A stretch of 64,000 nt of DNA, taken from assembly GCA_965202785.1 (NCBI GenBank), contig OZ241855.1, positions 1,056,001-1,120,000 of the forward strand, written 5' to 3'. The notes below the pieces were generated by a model. It saw only the letters and a program-made list of their open reading frames with translations, ran no database searches and had not been told where the DNA came from. Position numbers and translations under genes: made by a program. How positions within the stretch are numbered: position 1 is the stretch's first letter; each line of letters begins with the position of its first letter. Shown here one piece after another: positions 9,207 to 18,327 of this stretch. Origin of the DNA: Thermodesulfobacteriota bacterium. GTDB lineage: Bacteria; Desulfobacterota_D; UBA1144; Nemesobacterales; Nemesobacteraceae.

Positions 9207-11561
9207 ATGATTAAAAGAAAATTCCAGTCCACAGTGAAGGAGTTTTTGTGCCTGCTTCTTGCAGGTGTGTTCCTGGCATCGCTCGGCGGCGGTGACGCAT
9301 CTGCACAGGACGATGACGCGGCTGTACAGGATGTGTTCGGGGTAAGCGGCGTATTTCTCAAAAAAATCACGGTCACCGCCCGAAAACGAGAAGAGCTGAT
9401 TCAGAACGTTCCTCTATCGATCACCCATTTCAGTTCGGAAAAGATTGAAGCTTTAAAGGTAGACGACCTTGAAAGTCTCGCAGTGCAGATGCCCAATGTG
9501 GCACTTGACGATGCCGTCTCGGGAATGGCGCTTGCCAACTTCTCCATCCGCGGTGTTGGAATAAACAACTCCATAGCGTCTATTGATCCGACCGTGGGAG
9601 TGTTTGTCGACGGCGTGTATCAAGGGCAGATAAGCACCGTTTTGTTTGATACCTTCGATATTGAAAGCATAGAGGTGCTGAGGGGACCGCAGGGAACCCT
9701 TTTCGGGCGGAATGTCACAGGGGGTGCCATACTGATTAAAACAAAAAAACCGGGAGACACCCTTGAGATGTCCGTTCGCACCTCGTTTGAAGGAGGGGGA
9801 GAGAGCCTTAACAGCTATTACATGGCCACAGTCGGAGGCCCGATTAGCGAGACCGTCGGCGCGAAGATAAGCGTGTACACAAATCAGGATAACGGCTGGT
9901 TTAAGAATCTCCACACGGGCAAGGCTTTCGGAGAGAACGACACACGAATGGTACGATCGGTGATTACGTGGGATCCGACGGATGATGTAAGCCTTGTTCT
10001 GCGCTACCGGCACGAAACTTCGGAAAGCGATGGTACCGCGGCACAGAACTGGCGCGACTTTGATCTCAATAGTCACGATTTCAGCATCGACGGGGAAGGC
10101 TTCAGGGAACATAGAAATCACTTTGTCTCCGCTCAGGCGGACTGGGATGTGGATTTCGGAAATGGCACAATAACCAACATATTCGGTTTTTACGACGCGG
10201 ACGGGACCGCTTTAATAGATGTCGATTCTTCACCGCAAAGCATTTTGCATATCCGTGGATGGACCCCCTACCGCCAGTGGAGCAACGAACTGCGCTACGT
10301 GGGCAGATTCTTAGAGAAACTCCACGTGACGACCGGTTTTTATTACTTTACGAGCGAGGTAAATTATCATGACCGCCGTTACCTGCTTGGAAGTCATATT
10401 GACAGACTTATTGCGGAGGGAAGACTGCCCGCCGGATCGTACTATATCCAAGACGTGGGAGGGAATTATTACGTCGATACGCTGGGGGCGTTTCTCTCTT
10501 TTGATTACGATCTTACGGATCGGATAATGCTCATCGCGGGCACCCGCTACAGCTATGACAAGAGGAAAGCTGAGACAGCCTCCGGCTTTAACAATACAAG
10601 TGGCGCCGTGATCCCAACAATAGAAATGCCATGCAACGTTGCGGTTGGACCCGCATGCCAGTTTGATTTCACCGACGAGGAGACCTGGCACAGCTGGTCG
10701 CCCAAGCTCGGCGCCGTCTACTATATGGGCGGCGGAGCGGACTTTGAAGTGAACATTTACGGGCACTGGACCAGAGGATTCCGCTCTGGAGGCTATAATC
10801 TGCGAAACACCTATCCCCCAACAACTGTGATACCCGGGATACCTGTGGAGCTCCCGGGACCGTATGACGAAGAAAAGATCGATACCTTCGAGGCGGGATT
10901 CAAGATGTCAACAAACATAGGAATCCTGAACGGCGCGGTTTTCTATAACCTGATCGATAATGTGCAGAGGGTGATAACCCTTCCTTCCGACTTTGGCGGC
11001 ATAGCACAGGAGATTCGCAACACTGCGGACGTAGAAGCCTTCGGCTTTGAACTTGACGGACTGGTCGCCGTTACCGATAAGCTTTTTCTTTTGGGTTCCG
11101 TTGGATATGTAGATCCCGAGTACACCAAAGTAAAATATGACCTTAATATAGACGGCACTCTTGACCAAGAAGACCTAGATTTAAAGCTTCCCCGGGCCGC
11201 GAATTTGACTTGGAGCCTCGGTGCGACCCATGACACCGGACTTGCCAACTGGGCGAAGATAACTTCAAGGGTAAGCTACTCGTATCGAGGCAAATCATAC
11301 CTTACGGATGACAACAAGGGATATACTCCCGAACAGAAAATTGTTGACGCCGGAATTGACATCGCCCCAATGGACGGAGGGTTTTCAGTTGGATTTTACG
11401 GAAAGAACCTTCTTAACAAAGTCAAACACGGAAGCTATGTTGAGCTTCCCGAAACCATAGAAACTATAGTGTTGCCAAGCGCGCCTGTGGGAGGTGCATT
11501 CGTGCCGATCTCCAGGGGCAGAACCTTCGGTGTGCAGCTAACCTACCGATACAGGTCATAG
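9207..11561 (+). CDS. TonB-dependent receptor
   Basis: ITVTARKREE, IEVLRGPQGTLFGRN plug motif, long beta-barrel, GKNLLN. Confidence 0.93.
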   Translation: MIKRKFQSTVKEFLCLLLAGVFLASLGGGDASAQDDDAAVQDVFGVSGVFLKKITVTARKREELIQNVPLSITHFSSEKIEALKVDDLESLAVQMPNVALDDAVSGMALANFSIRGVGINNSIASIDPTVGVFVDGVYQGQISTVLFDTFDIESIEVLRGPQGTLFGRNVTGGAILIKTKKPGDTLEMSVRTSFEGGGESLNSYYMATVGGPISETVGAKISVYTNQDNGWFKNLHTGKAFGENDTRMVRSVITWDPTDDVSLVLRYRHETSESDGTAAQNWRDFDLNSHDFSIDGEGFREHRNHFVSAQADWDVDFGNGTITNIFGFYDADGTALIDVDSSPQSILHIRGWTPYRQWSNELRYVGRFLEKLHVTTGFYYFTSEVNYHDRRYLLGSHIDRLIAEGRLPAGSYYIQDVGGNYYVDTLGAFLSFDYDLTDRIMLIAGTRYSYDKRKAETASGFNNTSGAVIPTIEMPCNVAVGPACQFDFTDEETWHSWSPKLGAVYYMGGGADFEVNIYGHWTRGFRSGGYNLRNTYPPTTVIPGIPVELPGPYDEEKIDTFEAGFKMSTNIGILNGAVFYNLIDNVQRVITLPSDFGGIAQEIRNTADVEAFGFELDGLVAVTDKLFLLGSVGYVDPEYTKVKYDLNIDGTLDQEDLDLKLPRAANLTWSLGATHDTGLANWAKITSRVSYSYRGKSYLTDDNKGYTPEQKIVDAGIDIAPMDGGFSVGFYGKNLLNKVKHGSYVELPETIETIVLPSAPVGGAFVPISRGRTFGVQLTYRYRS

Positions 11562-11682
11562 AAAAAAAGGCATACACATGTACAGTGGCTGCGTTTTCTA
11601 AGGCAGGCAGAGAGAGACTCGCAGGACCTGGATCAATTACGGGGCAAGAACCGCGGCTGTTTCGGGGTGGATTCCCGTGCAG

Positions 11683-12474
11683 CTAGTCTTTTCCGAGAAA
11701 ACCGAGTACGGCTTTATCCACCTCGGCTTGGCACTCTCTCCAGAATCCGTGGCCGACGTCCGCAAATGCCTTTTCAACCGCGTTCGGTATAAGTTCCACG
11801 AGCTTTTTCGATCTACTTGGAGGCGTGACGATGTCCCGCTCTCCGTACATGACCAAGGTTTTCGCGGAGATCTTACCGAGTTGGGCTAATACGTCGTGGT
11901 TCTCGCACGCGTAGCTTTGGTTTCTGTATCCGGCGGCCGCATCGGGGTCAACGGGAACTTCCTTGATTCTGCTTATTAAGGAGTCGTAGTTCTCTTCGAT
12001 GTATTTCCTTCGGTATCCGAGAAAAAGCGCAAAAACCCATCCTGCCCCGGGTCCCGCTTTATCCACTATGTCCCTTGCGGTTCTGATAAGCAGGTTTCCG
12101 ACCTCGTCCCTGTGCCCCGAGGAGCATCCCATAACGAGCCTGTTCACCTTCTCGGGGTATTTTATACCCAGCCACTGGCATATCATTCCACCCATTGATT
12201 TTCCAACGAAGTGGGCTTTGTCTATCCCGAGAAAGTCCAAGAGTCCCGCGGCGTCATCCGCCATCTGCTCCATTGTATAGGGATAATCGGGTTTCTCGGA
12301 ACGGCCCGAGCCCCTGTTGTCGAGCACTATCACGCGGAAATGTTCCGAGTAGATTGGAACCTGTACATCCCAGCTATCAAGACTGCTTCCAAGACCGTGA
12401 ATGAGCACGAGAGGATCTCCCTTTCCGTACTCTTTGTAATAAAGATTTATTCCATTTGTCTTTGCGTATGGCAT
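11683..12474 (-). CDS. Alpha/beta-fold hydrolase
   Basis: LIHGLG, DNRGSGRS, GKSMGG nucleophile elbow, C-terminal GH; start reassigned to MPYAKTNG. Confidence 0.9.
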   Translation of the reverse strand: MPYAKTNGINLYYKEYGKGDPLVLIHGLGSSLDSWDVQVPIYSEHFRVIVLDNRGSGRSEKPDYPYTMEQMADDAAGLLDFLGIDKAHFVGKSMGGMICQWLGIKYPEKVNRLVMGCSSGHRDEVGNLLIRTARDIVDKAGPGAGWVFALFLGYRRKYIEENYDSLISRIKEVPVDPDAAAGYRNQSYACENHDVLAQLGKISAKTLVMYGERDIVTPPSRSKKLVELIPNAVEKAFADVGHGFWRECQAEVDKAVLGFLGKD

Positions 12475-12497
12475 ACCAGGTCTGACCCGAGGTTTAA

Positions 12498-12944
12498 CTA
12501 GTTTCTGCTCAGAAGGTACTCTTCCAGTATTACTGTAGCAGCCATCTTGTCTATTACCGTTTTTCGCTTCTTTCTTCCCATGCCGGCTTCTATCAGTGTT
12601 TGCTCCGCGGTCTTGGTGGAAAAGCTCTCGTCCCAGTATTTCACCGAAAGCCCCAGAGAATCTCGAATGCGTTCGGAGAATTTCTTTATGCCTTTTGCCC
12701 TGTTTCCGAGAGAACCGTCCTGGTTGTAGGGTATCCCAACGAGGATTTCGCAAGGAGAATATCGCTCTATTATATCGCGAAGCTGCGCGAGGTCTTTTTT
12801 CTCGTTCTCCCGACTTATGGTACAGACGCCGTTTGCCGTGATCCCCAGCTCGTCGCTTACGGCAACCCCTATCGTCTTGGTTCCTATGTCAAGCGAGATT
12901 ATCCTCCCCGAAATCCTGTCTTGCTTTTCAGCCGGTGTTTTCAT
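12498..12944 (-). CDS. yqgF: YqgF/RuvX pre-16S rRNA nuclease
   Basis: LDIGTKTIGVAVSD, WDESFST, DKMAATVILE. Confidence 0.93.
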   Translation of the reverse strand: MKTPAEKQDRISGRIISLDIGTKTIGVAVSDELGITANGVCTISRENEKKDLAQLRDIIERYSPCEILVGIPYNQDGSLGNRAKGIKKFSERIRDSLGLSVKYWDESFSTKTAEQTLIEAGMGRKKRKTVIDKMAATVILEEYLLSRN

Positions 12945-14151
12945 CGGGCTCCAGTTTCTCTATGACTGCCGCTCCTATGCTGTCTCCCCATACGTTTATG
13001 GTGGTGCGAAACCTGTCCAAAAACCAGTCAATTGCGAGTATTATACCTACGCCCTCTATGGGGAGCCCGACGGCCTGCAACACAAGCACCATGGTTACGA
13101 GCCCGGCTTCCGGTATGCCTGCGGCTCCTATGGCCGCCAGAGTGGCGGTGAGAAAAACCACGACGAGTTCACCTCCCCCGAGGTGTATTCCGTAGCTCTG
13201 AGCGATGAATATTACGGCGACAGATTCGTAAAGAGCTGTTCCGTCCATGTTGACTGTGGCTCCGAGGGGCAGAACGAATTTTGAGATTTTTGGCGAAACT
13301 TTGGCGTTTTCCGTCACGTTGGTGATGGTAAGTGGAAGGGTGGCTGAGGATGAGGCGGTTGAAAAGGCTGTGAGAAGCGTTTCGCTCAGGTCTTTGAAGT
13401 AAGTAACCGGGTTTCTCCCGGATAATGCCCGCAACAGCAGCGGGAGAACCACGAACCCGTGGATAAGCAGTCCCAAAAGAACGCAGAACACATATTTGCC
13501 CAGCTGCATTGCGAGCCTCAGCACTTCATCCCCGCCGCCTGCTTCTCCGATTTTCCCGGCTATGAGGCCGAAGATGCCTATCGGAGTCAATGCGATTATC
13601 CAGTGGACTACTTTCATAATGGCCTTGTCCATGGATTCAAACAGGTCTAAAACCACTTGCTTTTCTTTGTTCAGTCTCCCAAACGCTATTCCGAAGAGAA
13701 GAGACGCGATTATGATTGGAAGAATTTGGAATTCGTATGCGGACTTGAAAAGATTCGGCGTTGATATCTGCCGCAGGATGTCGGTTACTTTGAATCCTTC
13801 CTTGCTTTTTACTACCTCGGGCATCGTTCCCTTGAGTATCTCGCTACCGTCTCCGGGCTGCACCATTGTGACTACCGCTATTCCGATTGAAACGGCTATC
13901 GCCGTGGTTACCGCATAGTAGGCGATGGTTTTAAGCCCAAGAGAACCCAGATTGCCGACTTTCATTATGCTTAGCGTGATCGAGACTATTATGAGGGGAA
14001 GCACAATCATCTTGAGGGCATTTAGGAAAAGCTCTCCGATAATTTGGGTTCCCGCACCGAATTCAGGGAAAAACGAACCCACAGCGCCACCCAGTAAAAC
14101 GCCCGCGATTATTCCCAGAACCAATCTGTTTTTTGATATGAAGGATTCCAT
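12928..14151 (-). CDS. Dicarboxylate/amino acid:cation symporter (DAACS)
   Basis: FSTASSSATLP, LPLGATVNMDG, DRFRTTINVWGD. Confidence 0.95.
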   Translation of the reverse strand: MESFISKNRLVLGIIAGVLLGGAVGSFFPEFGAGTQIIGELFLNALKMIVLPLIIVSITLSIMKVGNLGSLGLKTIAYYAVTTAIAVSIGIAVVTMVQPGDGSEILKGTMPEVVKSKEGFKVTDILRQISTPNLFKSAYEFQILPIIIASLLFGIAFGRLNKEKQVVLDLFESMDKAIMKVVHWIIALTPIGIFGLIAGKIGEAGGGDEVLRLAMQLGKYVFCVLLGLLIHGFVVLPLLLRALSGRNPVTYFKDLSETLLTAFSTASSSATLPLTITNVTENAKVSPKISKFVLPLGATVNMDGTALYESVAVIFIAQSYGIHLGGGELVVVFLTATLAAIGAAGIPEAGLVTMVLVLQAVGLPIEGVGIILAIDWFLDRFRTTINVWGDSIGAAVIEKLEPDENTG

Positions 14152-14223
14152 GGATGTTGACTCTTTTTCTTCCTAAGTTAGGTTAAGTAACCATATAGGT
14201 TTTTTTTGTAAAGCCTGCCGGGA

Positions 14224-14628
14224 GTGAAAATGAATTTCCTGCCAAAAAAGTATCACGCCGTGCTTTTGTGCCTGCTTGCAATTGTTTTTTCTTCGGGTTG
14301 CGTGCTCGTGGTGGGTGGCGTGGTCGGCGGCGGTACCGCGGCTTATCTCAAGGGAGTTCTAAAGAGCAAGGAGCCCACCTCGTTTGATAAGGTCTGGTTC
14401 GCGGTGGTGGAAGTGGTGGAACAGCAGGAGTTTGAGGTAACCAAAAAAGAAAGCAAGGTGGGCAAGGCGCTTGTCGAAGCCAAACTTCGCGATCAGGATA
14501 AAATGGTCTATATAACCGTCAAGTACGACAAGCCCGAGATAACCGATCTGATTGTCCGCGTGGGCATCTGGGGAGATGAGGAAGAATCAAGGCGTATACT
14601 CAAGCTTATTCACGAAAAACTCTATTGA
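14224..14628 (+). CDS. Lipoprotein, DUF3568-like
   Basis: Lipobox FSSGC, glycine-rich segment, VRVGIWGDEE. Confidence 0.7.
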   Translation: MKMNFLPKKYHAVLLCLLAIVFSSGCVLVVGGVVGGGTAAYLKGVLKSKEPTSFDKVWFAVVEVVEQQEFEVTKKESKVGKALVEAKLRDQDKMVYITVKYDKPEITDLIVRVGIWGDEEESRRILKLIHEKLY

Positions 14629-14695
14629 ACAACAGAAACGATCTCCCTGACATCCTACCTCAGGGAAGGGGTCTGCGGCCTGATGGTGTGCGATC

Positions 14696-15049
14696 ATGAA
14701 AGAAGACTCCCGGATCAATTATGTCGAGTTGCCCGCGGAGGACTTCACTAAGGCCAAGGCGTTTTACGGTGACGTGTTTGGCTGGACCTTCCAGGACTAC
14801 GGCAACTGCTACTGCGCCTTCAATGACGGTAGCATGGACGGCGGGTTCTACCACTCCCCGTTGCGGTCCGACAGCAGTCAGGGCGCTGCGCTGGTGGTGC
14901 TTTACGCGGAAGATCTGGAAGCCACGCTGGAACGCATCACTGCCGCCGGGGGCGAACTCTGCAAGCCGATATTTTCCTTCCCCGGCGGGCGACGGTTTCA
15001 TTTTCTAGATCCCAACCGCAATGAACTGGCGGTCTGGAGCGACCGCTAG
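14696..15049 (+). CDS. VOC/glyoxalase family protein
   Basis: INYVELPA, FYGDVFGW, FPGGRRFHFLDP. Confidence 0.9.
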   Translation: MKEDSRINYVELPAEDFTKAKAFYGDVFGWTFQDYGNCYCAFNDGSMDGGFYHSPLRSDSSQGAALVVLYAEDLEATLERITAAGGELCKPIFSFPGGRRFHFLDPNRNELAVWSDR

Positions 15050-15063
15050 AAAGTGGTTTCCCC

Positions 15064-16005
15064 TTAGTCTTTCCCGAGATTTTCGTAAAGCTCCATTTCA
15101 ATATCAAGTTCCGTTCTGATTCCCGCTTCGTTAAGCTTTGCGTTTGCCTCCCCTATCGTTCTGCACCCGTAGACCGCTTGTGCGGGTCGTGACACCTTTT
15201 CATAAACCACCCGGGGATTTACGTAGAAAGTTACTGTGGAACTTATATCGAGTTCGACTTTTCTTCTGCCGTCTCTTATTGAAGTGGTGCTGAAAGCTCC
15301 TTTTGCGTATTCAACGGGTCCCCTGCTCGCCTCGGTGGGTATTATGTTTATTGCCTTTTCCATTAATTCCAGTGTGGTTGCAGATATGCCCCAGCTCCCG
15401 AGAATTCCATTGTTCCGTGCTATGATGCCGAATGACCTCTCAAGTTCTTCTTTGGAGAGCTCTCCGTCGCTTCCAAAGCCGAATACTCCCATTACGGTAG
15501 GCATCCGGAAACTCTGTCTGTAAAGCGCCGCGGTCATTATAGCGTCGGCAAGCGGACTCATGAGTCCCTTTTCGTTTCCGAATCCAAGCACGTCTCCACC
15601 GACGTCTATTCCCACCACCAGATCTGCGCCGAGTTTTTCGGCGGCATCCGTTATTCCCTCAAAAACCTTCTCCGGACCGTAACTTATATCGACGAGAAGA
15701 GTTTCCTCTCCCAGAACTTCGGCCATGCCTGCTTCGGCGAACCTTGCTCCACCTCGGGTCGTGGAATCTTTGTTGCATCTCCAGACCACGTCATTTATCT
15801 CACAGACATTGTGTGATTCTTCAAGTTTTCTGGGTCCCGGATCGGGGTCTATTGTGAAGCGTTCCCAGCTAAGTCCTCCAAGAACGCATTGCGTTCCGTT
15901 TATCTCGAGCAGGTTTGCCGTCGGAAGGGTTCCGACTATATCGCCTCCTCCTCCTATTCCGAGCAGAATAGCTTTTTTCGAATTTCTAAGAATTTTCTCA
16001 AGCAT
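15064..16005 (-). CDS. DUF1152-like protein
   Basis: GIGGGGD, DVGGDVL, SPLADA, GFGSDGEL. Confidence 0.8.
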   Translation of the reverse strand: MLEKILRNSKKAILLGIGGGGDIVGTLPTANLLEINGTQCVLGGLSWERFTIDPDPGPRKLEESHNVCEINDVVWRCNKDSTTRGGARFAEAGMAEVLGEETLLVDISYGPEKVFEGITDAAEKLGADLVVGIDVGGDVLGFGNEKGLMSPLADAIMTAALYRQSFRMPTVMGVFGFGSDGELSKEELERSFGIIARNNGILGSWGISATTLELMEKAINIIPTEASRGPVEYAKGAFSTTSIRDGRRKVELDISSTVTFYVNPRVVYEKVSRPAQAVYGCRTIGEANAKLNEAGIRTELDIEMELYENLGKD

Positions 16006-16146
16006 GCTGATTTATCCGTGGCGATGATTATTAATATCCGTTCTGGCGCGATGATCAAGACGGCTTCCCCGAGTGATGAGTGTTCCTGGGTCTTTATGGA
16101 ATATCGATTTCCGGCTATATTAATTCCCTCGGTTCTGCGGCTTCTT

Positions 16147-17190
16147 ATGAAGAAGATAATAAATGGCTGGAAACACTTAAAAGGGGTGCACTGCGGTTCC
16201 GCGGCACTGAGAGATATATGCCTCTACTACGGACACGATTTCTCGGAGCAGATGTGTTTCGGGCTGGGAGCCGGGCTCGGTTTTTATTACTCCTGTGAAG
16301 AGGGAATGAACCCGAGCAGGATTATACAGCCTCGCGGTCCCCTGATGGAAATTAATTTCCTGAAAAGTTTCGGTGTCGATGTCACCGATTGGAAGTACGA
16401 GGACGACAACAAGCGGGCCTCGGATGACCTCAGGGAGTTTATTGACATGGACGTTCCGGTGTTGATACAGGCCGATATCTGCTACCTTGAATACTTTGAC
16501 TCCAAGACCCATTTCCCCGGACACATAATAGCGGTATGCGGATACGACGACTCCGAATCCGTTTTTTACGTGGCAGACAATTCATTTGAAGATCTCCAGA
16601 CTGTCTCTTTTGAAAACATGGCGAAAGCGAGAAGCTCAAAAGCAAGTCCGTATCCCCTTTCCAACAACTGTGTTGAAGTGAGGTTTCTTGAAGACGGCTT
16701 CGATGCCGAGGAGGTGATTTTCGGTGCCGTGAGAAAAAACGCCGAGATGATGCTTGAAGGCAGGACCACTCTAAGAGGGACTTCAGGTGTTGAGATTATA
16801 AGGAAATGGGCCCAGGATCTTCCTGGCTGGAGGGATCTTGCTGACTGGAAGTGGACCTCGAGGTTTACTTACCAGGTCATATGCAGAAGAGGGGTCTGCG
16901 GTGCTGCTTTCAGGTGGTTTTACAGGGATTTCCTCGAGGAAGTCTCCCCGGTGCTTTCCCCTTTTTACGGGGCGGGCCTTCCCGACGAGATGAACAGTAT
17001 CGGTCAGAAGTGGTACGACATGGGAATGCTTTTCAAGGAAATAAGCGAGAGCGCTTCGTGCGGAGGAGGGTTCGAGCGGGCCTCGGAACTTGCTTTTGAT
17101 ATATATGGTCTTGAAAAGCGGTATTTTTGTTCCGTGCTTGAAAACTTCCCCGTTTTATCCGCGGCGGGGCAGATGAATCGGAGCGGGTGA
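16147..17190 (+). CDS. BtrH-N / DUF4872 papain-like peptidase-fold protein
   Basis: GVHCGSAALR, FGLGAGLGF, HFPGHII..GYD; start reassigned to MKKIING. Confidence 0.8.
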   Translation: MKKIINGWKHLKGVHCGSAALRDICLYYGHDFSEQMCFGLGAGLGFYYSCEEGMNPSRIIQPRGPLMEINFLKSFGVDVTDWKYEDDNKRASDDLREFIDMDVPVLIQADICYLEYFDSKTHFPGHIIAVCGYDDSESVFYVADNSFEDLQTVSFENMAKARSSKASPYPLSNNCVEVRFLEDGFDAEEVIFGAVRKNAEMMLEGRTTLRGTSGVEIIRKWAQDLPGWRDLADWKWTSRFTYQVICRRGVCGAAFRWFYRDFLEEVSPVLSPFYGAGLPDEMNSIGQKWYDMGMLFKEISESASCGGGFERASELAFDIYGLEKRYFCSVLENFPVLSAAGQMNRSG

Positions 17191-17337
17191 GCGTTGCACA
17201 GGCATTTGAAAAACCTCTGTACGATATCGCTTGAGAATTTTGAGTTTCCAGAAAGTTGCGGTTTTGCAATAATGGGGATATTGCCAAAAAAATAAGGTAA
17301 TCTATTAAATTACGTAAAATTAATTTAGGAATTTACT

Positions 17338-18285
17338 ATGCTTTTGTTTGTTTTAAGAAAGTATGTTTGGGTCGTAAACATCTTGCTGATAGTTGCCATC
17401 GCGTACTCGGTTTCGGTCACGATCAACAACGGCCTGCGCGACAAGATAGAGTCCGACAAGGGAGGCCTGACAGGCGAACACCTCTACAAGGAGAAGTACG
17501 GACGGGTTAAGATTCCCTATCGTTCAAGAGAGTACTACGACTCTATACTGAGGACGAACCTGTTTGGGACGGGCGGCTATGCCGGACAGATAGAGACGGG
17601 CAATTTCTCGGAAGTCTTCGAGGGGGAAATTACCCCGAAAACTTCCCTCAAGCTTGAACTTCTTGGAACTTTCATACTCAAAAGCCGCGCTAATTCTGTA
17701 GCTAACAAGAGCATCGCCGTGATAAAGAATATGGAAAATAGCAAAATAAAGGGTTATTCTGAAGGGCAATTAGTTGATCTTGTAACATCCGAAAAAGTTG
17801 AGGTAGTAAAAATAGACGACTGCGAAGTAACTATACGAAGAGCTGAAGGTCCCGAATTGATTACCTGCGGAAACGAGCTTGAATCCGTTTTTGCAAAAAG
17901 CCCCGTGAGTTCTCCAGCAAGGAACAAAACGTCTGTTAAGTCAAAAAAGCCGTCGGCTTCAGGGGTCAGCAAGGTCAGCGAGGGCTTGTACCAGATAGAG
18001 AGAGTGATGTTTGAAGAACTGCTCGCTGAACCCAGCAGTTTAATAACCGAGGCTAGGATTGTGCCGCGCGATGACGGCATCAAGATCTTCGGAGTGAAAA
18101 GCCGGGGCGTGTTTTATAAAATGGGTCTTAGAAACGGGGATATAGTTCACCAGATAAATGAAGTTGCTTTAAACGACGTGCAGAACGCTCTTTCGCTTTT
18201 TACCGACTTGAAGGGCCAGAGTGAGTTTACCGTTGATTTCACGAGAAAAGGTAAAAGAAAGAGCAACCGTTACACGGTTTACTAG
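17338..18285 (+). CDS. gspC: Type II secretion protein C
   Basis: N-terminal TM, LKLELLGT, C-terminal PDZ (GLRNGD); first gene of the gsp operon. Confidence 0.85.
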   Translation: MLLFVLRKYVWVVNILLIVAIAYSVSVTINNGLRDKIESDKGGLTGEHLYKEKYGRVKIPYRSREYYDSILRTNLFGTGGYAGQIETGNFSEVFEGEITPKTSLKLELLGTFILKSRANSVANKSIAVIKNMENSKIKGYSEGQLVDLVTSEKVEVVKIDDCEVTIRRAEGPELITCGNELESVFAKSPVSSPARNKTSVKSKKPSASGVSKVSEGLYQIERVMFEELLAEPSSLITEARIVPRDDGIKIFGVKSRGVFYKMGLRNGDIVHQINEVALNDVQNALSLFTDLKGQSEFTVDFTRKGKRKSNRYTVY

Positions 18286-18327
18286 GCCTAATACGAAAAA
18301 TTCAGTTTCTTAAGGTTAAAACAGATT

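Noticed and set aside
12475-12753. Long N-terminal extensions in the ORF track (hydrolase, also BtrH-like, ntrB, TetR, gspF)
   Set aside because: They overlap neighbouring genes or operators; downstream ATGs match family starts
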